Positions 62,091 to 64,000 of a stretch of DNA of 64,000 bases are shown piece after piece. A program made the position numbers and the translations under genes. The stretch is from NCBI RefSeq assembly GCF_001194135.2, contig NC_068986.1, forward strand, positions 96,438,232 through 96,502,231. The letters are read 5' to 3'. This DNA is from Octopus bimaculoides. Lineage: Eukaryota. Each line of letters opens with the position of its first letter. The stretch's first letter is position 1. The notes beneath the pieces are model-generated. The model saw only the letters and a program-made list of their open reading frames with translations. It was not told the DNA's origin and searched no databases.

Positions 62091-62419
62091 TGTTGTTAAA
62101 AATGTAAGGACTACCGACACTCATATGATTGTATATATCGATCACACACACACACATACACACACACACACACACACAGATACTTACACACACACATACG
62201 CAATTAATTATACACACTCGATTGTCATAGACAATAATAGCCATTGGTCTCCTTGCAATACTTAGAAAATTTGCTAACACCAGAAGATGAAATGAAAATC
62301 ACAGCCATAACAACCAAACCATCACATCGTATGAAACCCCGTCTGTGTGTGTGTGTTTGTGTGTGTGTGTGAGAGAGAGGCTATTTGCGACATCAGTGTC
62401 TAAAAAGAAGCTGATATAT

Positions 62420-62462
<43 letters not shown>

Positions 62463-62599
62463 CACATATCAGTGTGTGCTTAAGTCAATTACTGTTAGCA
62501 GTTTTGAAAGTGAAGAGTGATTGATGGGTCGAGTGTGTATATCTCTACGTGCGCATAAGCGCATGCACGGATGCATGCGTGTGTGGGAATGAGGAAAAC

Positions 62600-63450
62600 G
62601 TCCCATCTACCCAGAAGCCAACCTCCACCTTTCACTCTCTTTAGCTTTCATTCACTCTTTCTTCAGTCCTCGTTTTTCATTTCTACTCACATACTCGTTC
62701 CCACATAAATATATATACACACTCTTTCTCGATTGTTCCTCTTTGTTCTCACACTCTTTCATTTAAGCTTTCTATCTCTCACTCATACTATCATATAACC
62801 TCTCTCTCTTTGTCCTATCTTGTACATGTACTTTCACTTTCTCTTAGTCTCACTTACACACTTCTCTGCTTTGTTTAATCTATTTCTAATTCTCGTCGCT
62901 CTTCCTGACTACTTGCTCATTTGCCCTCATTTTCTTCCATCTCTCTTACCCTTGCTTTCGCTTTCTCTTCTTCATTCGCTTCCTCATTCTCACATACACA
63001 TACTCATATATATATGTGTACGCACACATCTACATTGACTCTCTCTCTCCCCCACCCTCTCTTTCTGTTTTCGATTTCAAATGTTCTCTCACTCAAAATT
63101 TCATCTCTCTCTTTATTCCTACTCACTTTTCCCTATTTTGTAAATTCTACCTTTCTTTCACTCATTCATATACACACTGTCCTGTCTGTTTTTCGTTTAA
63201 TCAACCAATTTTCCCACACCTTTACTACTCTGTCTGTGTCTGCATTTCTCTTTCTTCCGTTCATTCAAGCAGATACATATATACATAATGTCCCCTTCTG
63301 TATTCGTTTCTCATTTTTTCTCGTCTGTCCGCCTTCCCTCTCACTAATTTAACCACACACACACGCACACACCCTTTTATGTCCTTTTTGTCTCTCGTTC
63401 ACTCGAATGCGTTCTCATAAATCTTTACATTATTCTCTCTCGCGCTCTCA
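62600..63450. repeat. Degenerate CT-rich low-complexity tract
   Basis: Strong pyrimidine strand bias with decayed (CT)n/(CA)n. Confidence 0.85.
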
Positions 63451-64000
63451 CTCTCTGATATATATATATATATCATTCTGCACCTATACCTCAACATAAT
63501 AAAAACACTACCTTCTCCCTTTCATAAGCGTTGCTAGTAGCAGTTAGTTGTATGACTTAATGCTTCAATAAAAGTGTGTCTACGAATGTCCTTGGGATAG
63601 ACATGACTATCACAACATCCCGTTTCTTCCTTCATTTCTTTCTTTCTCAGAATATTATAGGACCCTTGTGCACAGTCGAAATGAAACCACTGTATGAATG
63701 TCTAATGATGGTGCAGTTGAAAAAAGGATGACCATCACATCTCTTCAATAAAAACTTAAATCTTGTGTCTTAATTGAAATAAATCTATATAGCGTGTGTG
63801 TGTTCGTCCATCAGTTGATGCCGTTGTTTCTACTAACGGCTGCATACACACACACACACACACACACACATACATACATACATAGGACACACAACATACA
63901 GACACACACACATTTAGTAATGCATACCTAGCTACATTGATGTATACATACATTCAAACATATAACTGCAAATTCCCACACGCACGCGTATAGGCTCACA

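Larger units (their letters stand above)
1..64000. repeat. Window-wide microsatellite background: (TA)n, (CA)n, (GA)n, (TATG)n, (TATC)n, (AAT)n, (GAT)n, (TCCG)n
   Basis: Directly visible arrays, e.g. (GA)n 2162-2253, (AAT)n 16481-16550, (TCCA/TCCG/TCTG)n 26290-26440, (CTCA)n 56665-56718. Confidence 0.98.

Noticed and set aside
248-63953. Many HT/CV/YI/SL/ER-repeat ORFs
   Set aside because: These are translations of microsatellites with no coding signal.

Overview
AT-rich, repeat-saturated eukaryotic DNA from a draft assembly with 11 N-gaps. The microsatellite load, tRNA-headed SINEs and RTE 3' ends with (GAT)n tails resemble Octopus repeats; this species call is inferred from recalled repeat content, not a search. 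I found no intact recognisable protein-coding gene, rRNA, true tRNA gene or CRISPR array. The long ORFs in the track are gap or microsatellite artefacts, and the protein-like ones are transposon remnants: RTE, R4/Dong-like, Tx1/L1-like and CR1-like LINEs; mariner, pogo, Merlin and hAT DNA transposons; and a Helentron-like element. Main highlights: (1) a 435-nt unit at 57.6-58.3 kb bounded by two minimal type I hammerhead-like motifs (retrozyme or Penelope pLTR-like) with a CUGUUGA core shared by three copies, plus an unrelated hammerhead-like motif at 51.9 kb; (2) a 569-bp palindromic mariner derivative built from two 3' ends; (3) Dong-like LINEs sitting in (AAT)n tracts; (4) a sharp CpG boundary near 49.5 kb, which suggests a methylated gene body to the left and a possible promoter near 50.2 kb, with weak minus-strand exon candidates. 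Coordinates of degenerate repeats are approximate.
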